A DNA stretch of 64,000 bases from Octopus bimaculoides. Its lineage: Eukaryota. Under the pieces are notes generated by a model. It saw only the letters and a list, made by a program, of their open reading frames with translations, searched no databases and was not told the DNA's origin. Below are positions 1 to 12,234 of the stretch, piece by piece (the first letter of the stretch is position 1; the number at the start of each line of letters is the position of its first letter). A program made the position numbers and the translations under genes. Location of the stretch: the NCBI RefSeq assembly GCF_001194135.2, contig NC_068989.1:7411516-7475515 (forward strand), in the 5' to 3' direction.

Positions 1-971
1 CTTTTCGGAAGTTGTATAAATAATCCTAATCCACAAAGCGGAAGATCTTAAGAACACGAATGCAATACATGTTGTGGTTATTTTTAAATTTAGAATTACA
101 GAATAAAATGATGGGATCTTTTTTGCTTTATTTTTCTTTCTCCATCTTCTGCTCATTCATTCTCTCTTTGAGTCATTCTGTTCTGTTCGTATATCTCTTC
201 TCCTTTCGACTTGAAATCCGAGCGAACTTCATTTTTCCACACAGTTCGACTCGATGCGTATTTAACTGTCATCTGAACAGTTTCAAACCCTTATAGTTCC
301 TTCAGATCGCTCGTCACAATTACTGCCATGGTAGGTTTCTGTCGTGAACTAAGGTTTACTTCTTAAAACGGTGCTGGCAGGTTTATATTGCCAGTGAATA
401 AATATTATGTTCTGTAGCTCAGTGCTTTAGAAAAATAGACAGAATCCCCTTACTTGACAAACAGGTCAAGGATGATAACAGGAAAAACATCCGACCCCAA
501 AATACTACTTCAAATGAGTATGTATCCAACTTAGTCGTTGAAAACTGGACTTAATAATACAAGTTGTGTTGGTGATTATAGTCATCGTCGTTGTTTCTGT
601 ATTGATGTAGGATACCCTTTTCTGTTCCTCAGTGCTACCCCCATTAGTTGAGGGGTTTGGTCCTGCAACTGACCTATATAAATGTCATTTCCTCCAATCC
701 ATCATGTTCGCTTTTTATCTGTTATTAATGTGATGAGCTGGCAGAATCAGTGGCACACAAAATGCTGGCAGCATCTCTTCCAGTTCTATACATTCTGATT
801 TGAAACACCAAGATCAACTGTGCTTTTCATCATTTAGGGATCGATAAAATAAGCTATCAGTCAGACACTGGTGTTGATGTAATTGACTTAGCCCCTCCCC
901 TCAAAATTGCTGGCCTTGTACCAAAATTTGAAACTGTTATATCTGTTGTTTGTTTTTTGTTTATCTCTCAG

Positions 972-1072
972 GTGTGTCATTGTGTAAACAAAATGAGGGA
1001 AAAACTGAAATGTCCTTTGCTGCCCACTTCTTTATGAATGGGAATTTGATTTGATACCAGTAATTTCCACAG
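972..1072 (+). other. Probable 5' UTR exon of the kelch-like gene
   Basis: It has a polypyrimidine tract with ctctcag| acceptor at 971 and a cag|gtcagt donor at 1073. A further donor (atg|gtaggt at 331) and acceptor (ttttctttcag| at 2161) suggest a spliced 5' UTR leading into the first coding exon. Confidence 0.5.
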
Positions 1073-2519
1073 GTCAGTAACTCTATCTTTCCCTTCATTG
1101 TTGTTGTTACTATCATTGTCCTTGATCAGTAGCTGTGACCAAATCCACTTAGTCATCTAAACGTATTCAGAGCAGAACATGTGGTGAAAATTAGTTATTT
1201 AGATTGAGTAAAACAGAATGAATATAGCAAATTATTTTTAATCAATAAAAGCTAAATTTTGAGCAGTAATTTATTTTCCATGTTTTTTTTTATCTTATCA
1301 ACATGTGACCCTTTTAGATTTTTCCCTGACACATCTTCTCCACTATCCTGTTTCTTTTCCAAATGGGGTGGCCATGTACTTCCCCTACCACGAGACATCT
1401 GTTCTTGTCCTGTGTCTTACTTTAACCTCACACCTTCTAGCATACAACCTCTTCCTTCATTATTAATTCTCCCCTCATTTGGTGGGGGTCTTGTCCTGTG
1501 AATTACTTCGTAACCTCACTAGTACCGGTGCCACATGAAAAAAAAAAAAAGTACTCAAAAGTACAATCTGGAAAGTGGTTCGCATTAGGTAAACCATCCA
1601 GCCACAGAAACCATGCCGAAGCAGATTGTGGAGCCTGGTGCAGTCCACTGGCTCTCCAGCTCCTGTCGATCATCCAACTCAAACCAGCATGGAAAACAGA
1701 AGTTAAATGATGAAGATTAGGATCATAATGGGCATAGGCTTCGCTGTTTTTATTAGGAAGACGTTCGTATGTAACTAATGTGAAATGCAGAAAACAATGG
1801 ACTGTAAGACTAACAGGGAATTAAAAAGTATCAGAGAATGGATGCAAGGGAGATAAGTTCACTATTATGTACACTAAGTGGAACTAATGGACAGCTACGT
1901 ATAGATGGAAAACTGTTGTGTATCGATATAGAAAGAAGTAAAGTCAGGTTTAAGGATGTTGAGGATCACAGTGCAGGGTCAGGACAAATGATTTACTGTA
2001 TGGTAGAACTGTCCAACCTGTGTGAACTTGGAAAATAGAAATGGAAACGGATGATAGTGATGATGCCAGTTTGACTTTGTTACAAAAAAGAGAAGTTATT
2101 TTGTCGTTCTGTTGTATTAATATTAAAAACTTAATGAATTTCAACTATTGTTTTCTTTCAGTTGCCTGACCTGCCACAGCACGTGTCCCACTTTTGCTGC
2201 ATCTGTTGTCCAGCTTACATAACCGTTGCCCTGCCTTGCCACACCAGTTTTCTTCAGCAGCTGTACGACTTACCACACAACGGTTGTCCAGTTTATCATA
2301 GTTATCGTCGTCCCACCTTCCTATAGCAACGTCTCCACCATACCTTGACCAGCGGCTGTTTTCTGTTTTGGCCTAAAACACCAGTTACCCAACGTTATTA
2401 CACCGATAATGTAGCTTCCCACACAAATATCCCCAACAAAACAGTTAAACCTCATAACAGTGCCTAGTTGTTTAATTTAAACTACCATTTGCCTGAGTTA
2501 CTCTGCCAGTAGTGCCAGA

Positions 2520-5500
2520 ATGAATGACATTGCAAAAGATCGATTTGACAACCAAAATGGATGTTATCAGTTGGAAGAGGATAACAATCACACGTTTGAG
2601 GTGTCCTCTGATGACATTTGCAAGTTTGGCTTTTGTGACATAGGCCTCATTGTGGAACACGAACTCATTGAGTGTCACAAACAGGTCCTGTCAGAAAACA
2701 GTCAGTACTTCAAAGCAATGTTTGAAAGTACTATGAAAGAAAAATCTCAAAAGACTATAGACCTTAAATGTGTGTCGCTCAATAGTTTCAAAGTGATTTT
2801 AGACTTCTGTTATAGTAAACCAGCCCCTCTTCTCATCGACCGCGACAACATCTTTGATGTAACACGCATAGCTGACATGTTGAATTTTTCTGAAGTGTTC
2901 ACATTATGCAAGAATTTCTTATGGAGTCTTGTAAGTCAGAACTGTTTTGATGTCCTCATGTTAGCCTCCACTTTGTTTATAAAAGAGCTGCACAACTACT
3001 GCACTGCTTATGTCCTCTGGAATTTCAAAACCATCAAAGACAATGAAGATTTTGTCTTCTTAACTAAAGACGAGCTACAGAACTATCTCAGTGACAGCAG
3101 ACTTAATACAGTTTCAGAGCTTCCTGTGTATAAAAGTATTATTACATGGGTAAGTGTTGAATACTTCTAGTCACCATCTTTCTTTGTTGCTATTTTATTA
3201 TTATTACAACTACTTATATGACTATTATTTCTAATATTTATAATAATAATAACAATGATATTTATCAAGATAAACCATGATCCCGGACAACGGACGAAAT
3301 ATTTCAAAGAACTATTTTCATCGTGTGTCCATGTTGGTTTAATGTCCAGTGAAGAATTAGAAGTTCTTCAAGAATCAGACCTGGTGAAATCCACTCCGAA
3401 TGTTTTACAAACAGTCGAGTCAGCTTATGTTGATCAAGATTCAAGTGCAGCAAATAACGACTCAGTAAGTAAACCGCATCCTTTTCTTCATCTTCCTGTG
3501 TACCTGAGTGTGTGTGGGGTGTGTTTTGAGTAAGGGGATACTTCCCTGCATATTACTCTTTTCTTTGTTTCAGTCTTTGTTATATTGTATTTTGTTTCTT
3601 GTTTGCAATTCATTTCTAGACTGGAGGTTCGAGGAGACCTTCTCATCTACGACAGATTCCTCAAGCGCTGTTGTGGGTTGGTGGAGACAAGAGCAGACTC
3701 TGCGATAAACCGAGTCCCCATTGGAATGTAATGAGATGGGACGCTACTGCCAAAGAATATGTGAAGTTGGATGATATGTACCCTGTGACATCACCGGTGG
3801 AAGCTGACATGGGTTACAGGGTGTGCAGTTTGGGTAAGAGAACGATCTATTAAATATCATCATTGTCATCATCATCATCATCATTGTTTAACGTCCGCTT
3901 TCCATGATAGCATGGGTTGGACGATTTGACTGAGGACTGGTGAACCAGAAGGCTACACCAGGCTCCAGTCTGATTTGGCAGAGTTTCTACAGCTGGATGC
4001 CCTTCCTAACGCCAACCACTCCAAGAGTGTAGTTGGTGCTTCTTACGTGCCACCAGCACATACTGGGGTCAATGTAATCAACTTCGCTCCTTTTCTGAAA
4101 CTGCTTGCCTTGTGCCAGCATTATGTTAATTGCAGGCATGGTTCTGTGGTAAGAAGTTTGCTTCCCAACCACTTGGTTCCAGGTTCAGTCCCACTGCATG
4201 GCATCTTGGACAAATATATTCTGTGAGGGGATTTAGTAGACAAATATAAAAAAGTCTATCGTGTCTGTGTGTGCAGGAGTATGTTTGTGACTCCTTGATT
4301 ATCACTGTCATACAAGCAATGTCATTCATTTCCACTGTTCTGTGAGAATGTATCTGGCTACAGGGAAATATTACTTAGCTTGGAAACAGGAGAAGGTTAG
4401 TAACAAGAAGGGCGCCTGGCCATAGAAAACCTGCCTCAATAAACTCCGTCTGACCCATGCAAGCATGGAAAAGTGGATGTTAAAATGATCGTGATATTTA
4501 TACATTTTTTATTATCTGTTTTCTCTTTTTTTTTTTTCTATCAAATTCTGCAGGTGTGGAGGTCTATGTATTGGGAGGTGAAGCTAAACTTGGAAGTAAC
4601 AAATGGCAGATACAGACCTGGGCTTACGATTTATTAAAGAGGAAATGGGTCAGAAAAGCATGTCTCCTGCAACCCCGTCGGCACCATGCTGTTTGTGTCC
4701 TTGACGACGACATCTATGTGATTGGCGGATTTACCAAATACCGTGAGATTACAGTCAGCGTCCATTGCTACCATTCTAACAATGGTATGTTTACAGATCC
4801 TTTATCATTTATGTTTTACTTGTTTCAATCATTGGACTGCGGTCATGCTGGGGCACCACCTTGAAGGGTTGTGTCAGATAAATGGGCCTCAGTGCTTATA
4901 TTTTAAATCTGGTTCTTATTCTACCAGTTACATTTACCAAGCGGCTAAACTATGGGGAAGTAAACAAACCAACATTAGTTATCAAGCAGTGAGCAGGAAG
5001 GTGGAACAAACACATAAACACACACACAACAGGCTTCCTCACAGTTTCCATCTATCAAATTCACTCGCAGGTGATTGGTTGGCCTGAGGCAATAGATAAC
5101 TGGCCCACAGCGCTGCACAATGGTATTGAACCCAAAACCATGCACTTACAAAGCAAGCTTCTGAATCACACAGCCATATCTGTGCCTATTGGTATTAGTT
5201 TCTTTAAGCTATTATATTTGCACCTCTAACCAGTTGGTGTTTTGGGTGGCAGCAGGGGACCCAAATTTCTATGCATAATAAATTCTATTTCAGATGTAAA
5301 ATTAATTTACAAATTTCCTGTGAGGTAACATCCATAGTCGTCCTTCATTTAGTTATCCTACATTTCAAATAGTTAACTGATAGCATCTGATTAGACCTCA
5401 CAAAAGATCGAAATCAATTCAATTACTGGACCTTGTCCTCAATATTGAGTTTAACTCTTTTGGTAACCAACCGGTCCAAAACATCCACTGGTTCTTTCAA

Positions 5501-7023
5501 TCAAGCTTCCTATTTTAAACACCAAACAAATAACGACAAAATTAATCTCAATAATTCTTCAATATTTGCAGGATTAATTGATATGGTGTTGTAGTGACGT
5601 CATCTTGAGGGTCTCCAGCATGCATGCGCAGGGTTGGAACCTTCTGGAAAGCCTGCCGAAAGGTCCCTGATGCGCATGCACAGAAAACTAGCAGCAGCAG
5701 AGTTTTTGTATCACCAGACTCGAGATGCAGCCACTGAACTATGCAGACGTGTCCTCAGCAGCTCTCTGTTCACCTCTGCTGCTGACCATTATTTGACCAG
5801 CTCTGTGTAGCTGGATTTCTGTGAAGAATGCCTTCATAAAGTATGACTAACTCCGACCAATTCAATTCTTTGGTTTCTTGTCCAGTCATCCAAATTTGTT
5901 GGTTCCTGTGTGACCATCTGAATCTGTTGCCTCTGGGATGACTAGCTCCCAAGTCTCTTGGCTCTGGTGCATCTGTGTTGATCTAGCACAGCTGTTCAGA
6001 TATGTTGGCTCTCATACAACCAGCCTTGATTCATTGACTCTTTTATAACTGGCCTCAGTGTCTCGAAACTAGTATGATTAAGCCTTAATCTATTAGAACC
6101 AGTTACAATATAGATGCACTTTTAAAGTATCATTTCCTAAATTAATTTGAAATTATTTAGCTTTTATATTTTTTTATTTTGCCATTAACCCATTACCTCC
6201 CATAATTCTATTAACTGGAATTTTTTTATGGAACTTTGATTTCTAGCATAAAACAGCCTTAGAAACACGCTGGAATGCTCAAAATAACATTTTAAATAGA
6301 AATAAGCGAGATATTGGGTGAAAAATTAGCAAACCTCATTTGAATATCAGAGAACTATACCTAGTAGATATAGCAAAAAGGTTAGATATGTGTAAATATT
6401 GACAGATAATTACGAAATTTGTAATTTTTAAGTGATCTCATATGAGATCACTGGTAGGTAATGGGTTAAAAAAAGACCCTGCACAAAACAAACTATTTTG
6501 AATTGATGTCTTCTTGTTTTCTTTCTATCCATAAACTACAGATTCCTGGACAGTATGTTCTGACTTAATAAGACCGGAATTTGCTGCTACGGCCGCTGCA
6601 CTAAACAACAGAGTATATTTATTGAAGACATTGATTATCCAATGTTATAATCCTTCCAGTAACCAGTGGACAATCGTCACCACCGATGTACCACCAGCAA
6701 TAACTCCTGGCTTTACTGTCATGTCAGCTATTACCGTTGGCAACTCACTCATCGTACAAAGTGGCTACAACAACAAACTGTATCTATACGACCCCTATGC
6801 TGAAGACCAGGACCAAGCATGGACTGCCCTCGGCTGTTTCAAAGATGTCTTTGGAAGCTGTGCAGAACTGGATGGCAAAATCTATTGCATGGGTAATGAC
6901 AGTAACCATATGGAAACTTATGATATAGAGTCACAGACATTTGGCATTGAGATGTCAGTCTCCTGCCATTTATCTCGAAGTTTCTTAGTAACTGTGCCGT
7001 TCTACAAGGAAACCATGACATAA
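2520..7023 (+). CDS. Kelch-like BTB-BACK-Kelch protein (KLHL family, probable Cullin-3 substrate adaptor), about 583 aa, 5 coding exons
   Basis: Coding exons are 2520-3149, 3270-3464, 3620-3833, 4554-4784 and 6542-7023. All junctions are GT-AG and in phase (0,0,1,1). Exon 1 encodes a BTB domain (CDIGLIVEHELIECHKQVLSENSQYFKAMFESTMKE) and a BACK domain (NCFDVLMLA...LWNF...F..LTKDEL..YLSDSRLN..SELPVYKSIITW). Later exons encode kelch blades (VYVLGG, PRRHHAVCVLDDDIYVIGG, YNPSSNQW). The specific orthologue is not recognised. Confidence 0.88.
6185..6469. mobile_element. TTAA-flanked MITE in kelch gene intron 4
   Basis: Terminal inverted repeats are TTAACCCATTACCT and AGGTAATGGGTTAA (14 bp perfect including the TTAA). 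A perfect internal 22-bp palindrome lies at 6431-6452. Confidence 0.75.
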
Positions 7024-7416
7024 AACATTAAGCACCTTAATGTCATTTCACTTAAAAATAAAAATATTTTTTGCTGTAATTTTTTCACTTAGGAGAGCGC
7101 CATAGAGTAGAAGGTAAGCTCCTGACAAACTTGGAGATCAAGTTTCACTTCCAGATCAGAGCTGTGTCACTTCACCTACATCACTAGTACACTTGGAAGA
7201 GACATGAACATCACAACATCCATTCCCTTCATAACAGTTTTACACTTCACGACCATCACCTACAGATGATGGGAGAAGCCACTACAGAGAATCTTCCCTG
7301 AAACATTATGAACAAAATTGTAACAATATCTAATATCAAGCCATATCTGCCAGCTCTTTGACCAGAATTTTCTACCATTTATTTTACGAGCTTTTTGCTT
7401 GTCATGCAATAAGACT

Positions 7417-7417
<1 letters not shown>

Positions 7418-7451
<34 letters not shown>

Positions 7452-7500
7452 GATTTTATATTTGTGTGTGTATATATATATATATATAAATATATACATA
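7418..7500. repeat. (TA)n-rich microsatellite region
   Basis: Seen directly. Other (TA)n tracts lie at about 14670-14716, 24295-24333, 50728-50772, 57779-57823 and 60733-60770, several of them abutting gaps. Confidence 0.9.
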
Positions 7501-8094
7501 CATAGATACATACATGTGTAGTTTATATTAAATTTGCCTTGCAATACCTGTAATTTACTAGGTGAAATGCTTATGATCGTTATTGTTAGATCCAGCTATG
7601 GTCAGATTTACTGTGAAACGGATGTTGTCAAGTCAATAGAATGAAGCATTTTACTGTATGGCTACTATTAATTGCTGTCTTTAATGCAGGACATGCTGTC
7701 CTACGAATTTAGGGACTGAAAAGATGTAGTCCCTACACTAAATTCAGGAATTTGTTGAGGCAAGGAATTTTGCCTTTTACTGAGTAGATTAACTGACTAC
7801 ATAGATGTTCCCTAACTGGTTGTTGTTGTTGTTGTTGTTGTTGTAAGTAAAATGGTTTGGGTTTGCCTTCCTGCCATTAAGAAATTTTTTATTTCAATGT
7901 CAGAACAGAGATAATGACCATCACCAACAAATCATGTGCTCAGTGTCCCCACCGTACAATTAAAAGTCACCAGCACAAAACTGTTTAATATGATTCTATA
8001 TTTGTGAGAAGAGGAATTTATATCATGCATATTGTTTATATCAGTAGGACGGGTGACTTAATCTTCATTATTGATTTCACTGTATTTCGGCTGG

Positions 8095-8491
8095 TGTGGA
8101 GGCGCAATGGCCCAGTGGTTAGGGCAGCGGACTCGCGGTCATAGGATCGCGGTTTCGATTCCCAGACCGGGCGTTGTGAGTGCTTATTGAGCGAAAACAC
8201 CTAAAGCTCCACGAGGCTCCGGCAGGGGATGGTGGCGAACCCTGCTGCTGTACTCTTTCACCACAACTTTCTCTCACTCCTACTTTCTGTTTCTGTTGTG
8301 CCTGTAATTCAAAGGGTCAGCCTTGTCACACTGTGTCACGCTGAATCTCCCCGAGAACTACGCTAAGGGTACACGTGTCTGTGGAGTGCTCAGCCACTTG
8401 CACGTTAATTTCACTTGCAGGCTGTTCCGTTGATCGGATCAACTGGAACCCTCAACGTCGTAAGCGACGGAGTGCCAACAACAACAACAAA
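8095..8491 (+). mobile_element. tRNA-derived SINE, family A, full length
   Basis: It has an A box (TGGCCCAGTGG), a B box (GGTTTCGATTCCC) and a (CAA)n tail. Near-identical copies lie at 10735-11088, 30431-30620 and 49697-49929. Confidence 0.85.
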
Positions 8492-9699
8492 TTTCAGCTG
8501 GTGTACATTCCAGTCTTCAGGTGTCTTGGATTGTATTGAAATTCTGAACCTAACCTTTTATTTCATCTGTGAAGGTACACAGTTTTCATTCCCTTCTCTG
8601 TGTTTCGTGACATGTTTTGTTTCAGTTGATTTTTTTGTGAATTACCTCAGTGCCTTGCATCGTGGAGTAGATAAAGATGTTGGTTAATGCGTTGCAATCA
8701 CCAACAGGTTCTGAGTTCAATCCCAGGCAAAGCAATAAGATATTCACAAAAAAAAGTCCACTGAAGAAAAAAAATGTCATGAAACGCAGAGAGCAGAATA
8801 AAAACAATGTACCCCCATGGATCTAATAAAGATTCAGGTTCAAAATTCTAACACAGGTGAGTTCAACACAGAACACCTGAAGATGGCTGAAGAGCACAAC
8901 AGCCAAAACTGTAGTGAAATCTGCAATCAAGAGAAGGACACCAGTCCACTTAATATAAACAGGTATACATAACAAAACTGTTTATTTTTGCAATCCAGAT
9001 TCTATTCCATTGTGCCTATCAAAGATATCTGTTGTTTGTTTCCACAACTGGCTTGCAAGACATGTTAATAGCAGAGTGATGCACATGACCTCTCAACCGG
9101 AAACATGTTGGTAAGCTTGGGAACACACCTCATGGTACTTTATGGAAAACATACAGTAATCAGGGCTATTTACAGAGTACATCTGCTATGGTGATCTCAG
9201 CCCTCTGTTGATTCATTTTCTCTTTCGGCACTTTATGGTGAATTTCCTCTATGGCATTGGGGTCTTCTATATTTGCTAGCACTTTACAGAGCGCTTGTTT
9301 TATGGTGGCCATTTTTAACCTGCCTCAATAATTAATTATCACTAATTACAGCTAAAAATAAGTGTATATAAATAACAAACAGCAAATATCATGCATTCAT
9401 TCTCTTTCACTTAACATTTATTTATTTATTGAATTAAAAAATATATATACATACCTTTATTGTTGGCCTTTTTTTCTCAAATTGTAATTTTGAATCTAGT
9501 CAATGTCACCTTAGCTTTTCGTCCATCCAGGAACAAGAAAATGATACCCGTAATATACTGGGGATGATATAATGAACTACACCCTCCTTAATATGTCCCT
9601 AGCATGGTCGTATGATTAAGAAGTTTGCTTTGAAAGCAAGTGGTTCCAGGTTCAGTTTCACTGCATAGCAACTGGAAACTGTGGAAGCCGACCTCTATA

Positions 9700-10240
9700 G
9701 TGTCCTTTCTATTATAGGCACAAGGCTTGAAGTTTTGGGGGAGGGGACTAGTCAATTACATCGACCCCAAAATTTCACTGGTACTTAATTTATCTTTTCT
9801 ACAAGGCCCAAAATTTTGGGCTATTAGATCAACCTCAGTACTCAACTGGTGCTTAATTTACCAACCCCAAAAGGATGGAAGGCAAGGTCGACCGCAACGG
9901 AATATTATATATTTTTTCGTACTCTAAGCACAAGGCCCGAAATTTTGGGAGATGGGGGTCACTTGATTAGATCGACCCCAGTACGTAACTGATATTTATC
10001 GACCTCGAAAAGATGAAAGGCAAAGTCGACCTCAGCGGAATATTATATATTGTTTTCTACTCTTGGCACAAGGCCCGAAATTTTGGGGAAGAGAGGGGGT
10101 GGCCATTCGATTAGATCGACCCCAGTACGCAACTGGTACTTAATTTATTGCCCCCCCCCCGCCACAAAGATGAAAGACAAAGTCAACCTCGGCAGAATTT
10201 GAACTCAGAATGTAGTGATGGGCGAAATACCGCTAAGTAT
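9700..10240 (-). mobile_element. Array of truncated SINE family D 3' modules
   Basis: Units of ctctaggcacaaggcccgaaattttgggg...gattagatcgaccccagtacgcaactggtacttaattta are repeated about four times. Confidence 0.7.
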
Positions 10241-10734
10241 TCAGTCCAGCATGCAGGGGTGGCTGTGTGGTAACAAGTTTGCTTCTCAACCACCGGCTTT
10301 TGGGTTNNNNNNNNNNNNNNNNNNNNNNNNNNNNNNNNNNNNNNNNNNNNNNNNNNNNNNNNNNNNNNNNNNNNNNNNNNNNNNNNNNNNNNNNNNNNNN
10401 NNNNNNNNNNNNNNNNNNNNNNNNNNNNNNNNNNNNNNNNNNNNNNNNNNNNNNNNNNNNNNNNNNNNNNNNNNNNNNNNNNNNNNNNNNNNNNNNNNNN
10501 NNNNNNNNNNNNNNNNNNNNNNNNNNNNNNNNNNNNNNNNNNNNNNNNNNNNNNNNNNNNNNNNNNNNNNNNNNNNNNNNNNNNNNNNNNNNNNNNNNNN
10601 NNNNNNNNNNNNNNNNNNNNNNNNNNNNNNNNNNNNNNNNNNNNNNNNNNNNNNNNNNNNNNNNNNNNNNNNNNNNNNNNNNNNNNNNNNNNNNNNNNNN
10701 NNNNNNNNNNNNNNGTTTCTGTGTGTGTGTGTGT

Positions 10735-11088
10735 GTGGAGGCGCAATGGCCCAGTAGTTAGGGCAGCGGACTCGCGGTTTCGATTCCCAGACCGGGCGTT
10801 GTGAGTGTTTATTGAGCGAAAACACCTGAAGTTCCACGAGGCCTCGGCAGGGGATGGTGGCGAACCCTGCTGTACTCTTTCACCACAACTTTCTTCCTGT
10901 TTCTGTTGTGCCTGTAATTCAAAGGGCCAGCCTTGTCACGCTGAATATCCCCGAGAACTACGTTAAGGGTACACGTGTCTGTGGAGTGCTCAGCCACTTG
11001 CACGTTAATTTCACGAGCAGGCTGTTCCGTTGATCGGATCAACTGGAAACCTTGTCGTCGTAACCGACGGAGTGTCAACAACAACAAC
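10735..11088 (+). mobile_element. tRNA-derived SINE, family A
   Basis: This is a close copy of 8095-8491 with small deletions and a (CAA)n tail. Confidence 0.85.
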
Positions 11089-11441
11089 TTTGCTTGTGCA
11101 CAAATATACACATTTAAAAATAGATACTTGATTAGCAACTAATATGGGTAATTTACAAATGAATTATGGGGGTAAATTCTTGGTGTACAGTGGCTGAATG
11201 GATAAGAAATTTGCTTCGCAATCATGAGGTACCAGTTTCAATTCTGCTACATGGCATCTTGGGTAAGTTTCATCCGATACTTTGGGAGTGGAACTCAGTA
11301 GAAAGAGACTGTATAAAGATCCATCCAAGTCGACCTTGGCGGAATTTGAATTCAGAACGTAAAAACATGAAATACCGCTAAGCATTTCGCCCGGTGTGTT
11401 AACATTTTTTATTCCTTTACTGCCCACAAAGGGCTAAACGT

Positions 11442-11519
11442 AGAGATCTCGAGCAAAGCCACACTGGAGGTCTGGCATGCTGGCTAAAACAACTTTAGGT
11501 TCCATCACTTTGGATAACT
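11442..11519 (-). other. Exact 78-bp copy of an internal CPSF2 coding fragment
   Basis: It is identical to 13539-13616 in the same orientation and is sandwiched between two different SINE ends. Confidence 0.9.
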
Positions 11520-12234
11520 AGAATGGACAACGGACGTTAAACGATGATGATGATGAATGCAAGATTAATTTAAAACAATGTGAAGAAATAAGCAATATGT
11601 TTGACAGAGTAATCCGAATGCTAGTGTTAACTCAAAACTTGTATCAGACGATGGATGGAAAGCCTTCTGCTAAAGGCAGATGTCAAGCAGAATCCTGTAT
11701 CCACCACACTTAATCCATTGATGGATTATAGGTCTGATGTTAAGAGTAGGGATATCAGGACATACCATGAACCCGATATAACTGCTAAGAGGCTGGTGGA
11801 CAGGAACATTGGAACAAAAGTACACACAAGTGACAATCATAAGAGACACAAACAAATACATCTTACATTTATCCAGTTTTATGTGCCAGAATTTTGTTAG
11901 ACATCACCAAAGTTGATAGCCCCAAGTAGTGAGACAGAAATAAGGATAATCACAGAGTCGGAGTTATAGACAAAAGATGATGGAATGTAAAACATGTATT
12001 TATGAATGAGCACGATCATAGATATTCATGTAAGCATTATAAAAATTTTAATTAATTTTTTTTTAAAAATGGAAAAAAAAAAAAAAATCTTCCAAGAATG
12101 ATGAAAAACACCATCTCACTTTGGCACTTTTTGGTATTTTATTATTATTGTTGTAGATGTTGTTGTTGTTACTGAAGTATCTGTCCAGGAAAATGAAGAT
12201 AGAAACAATTAACAAAACAAATGAGAAAAAAATA

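Noticed and set aside
7093-7113. Possible 21-nt micro-exon with good acceptor and donor just after the kelch stop codon
   Set aside because: There is no supporting downstream coding exon, the next acceptor is only 41 nt away, and it cannot be distinguished from chance without RNA data.
8101-8175. tRNA-like sequence with A and B boxes
   Set aside because: It continues into a roughly 300-bp body with a (CAA)n tail and recurs four times, so it is a SINE head rather than a tRNA gene.
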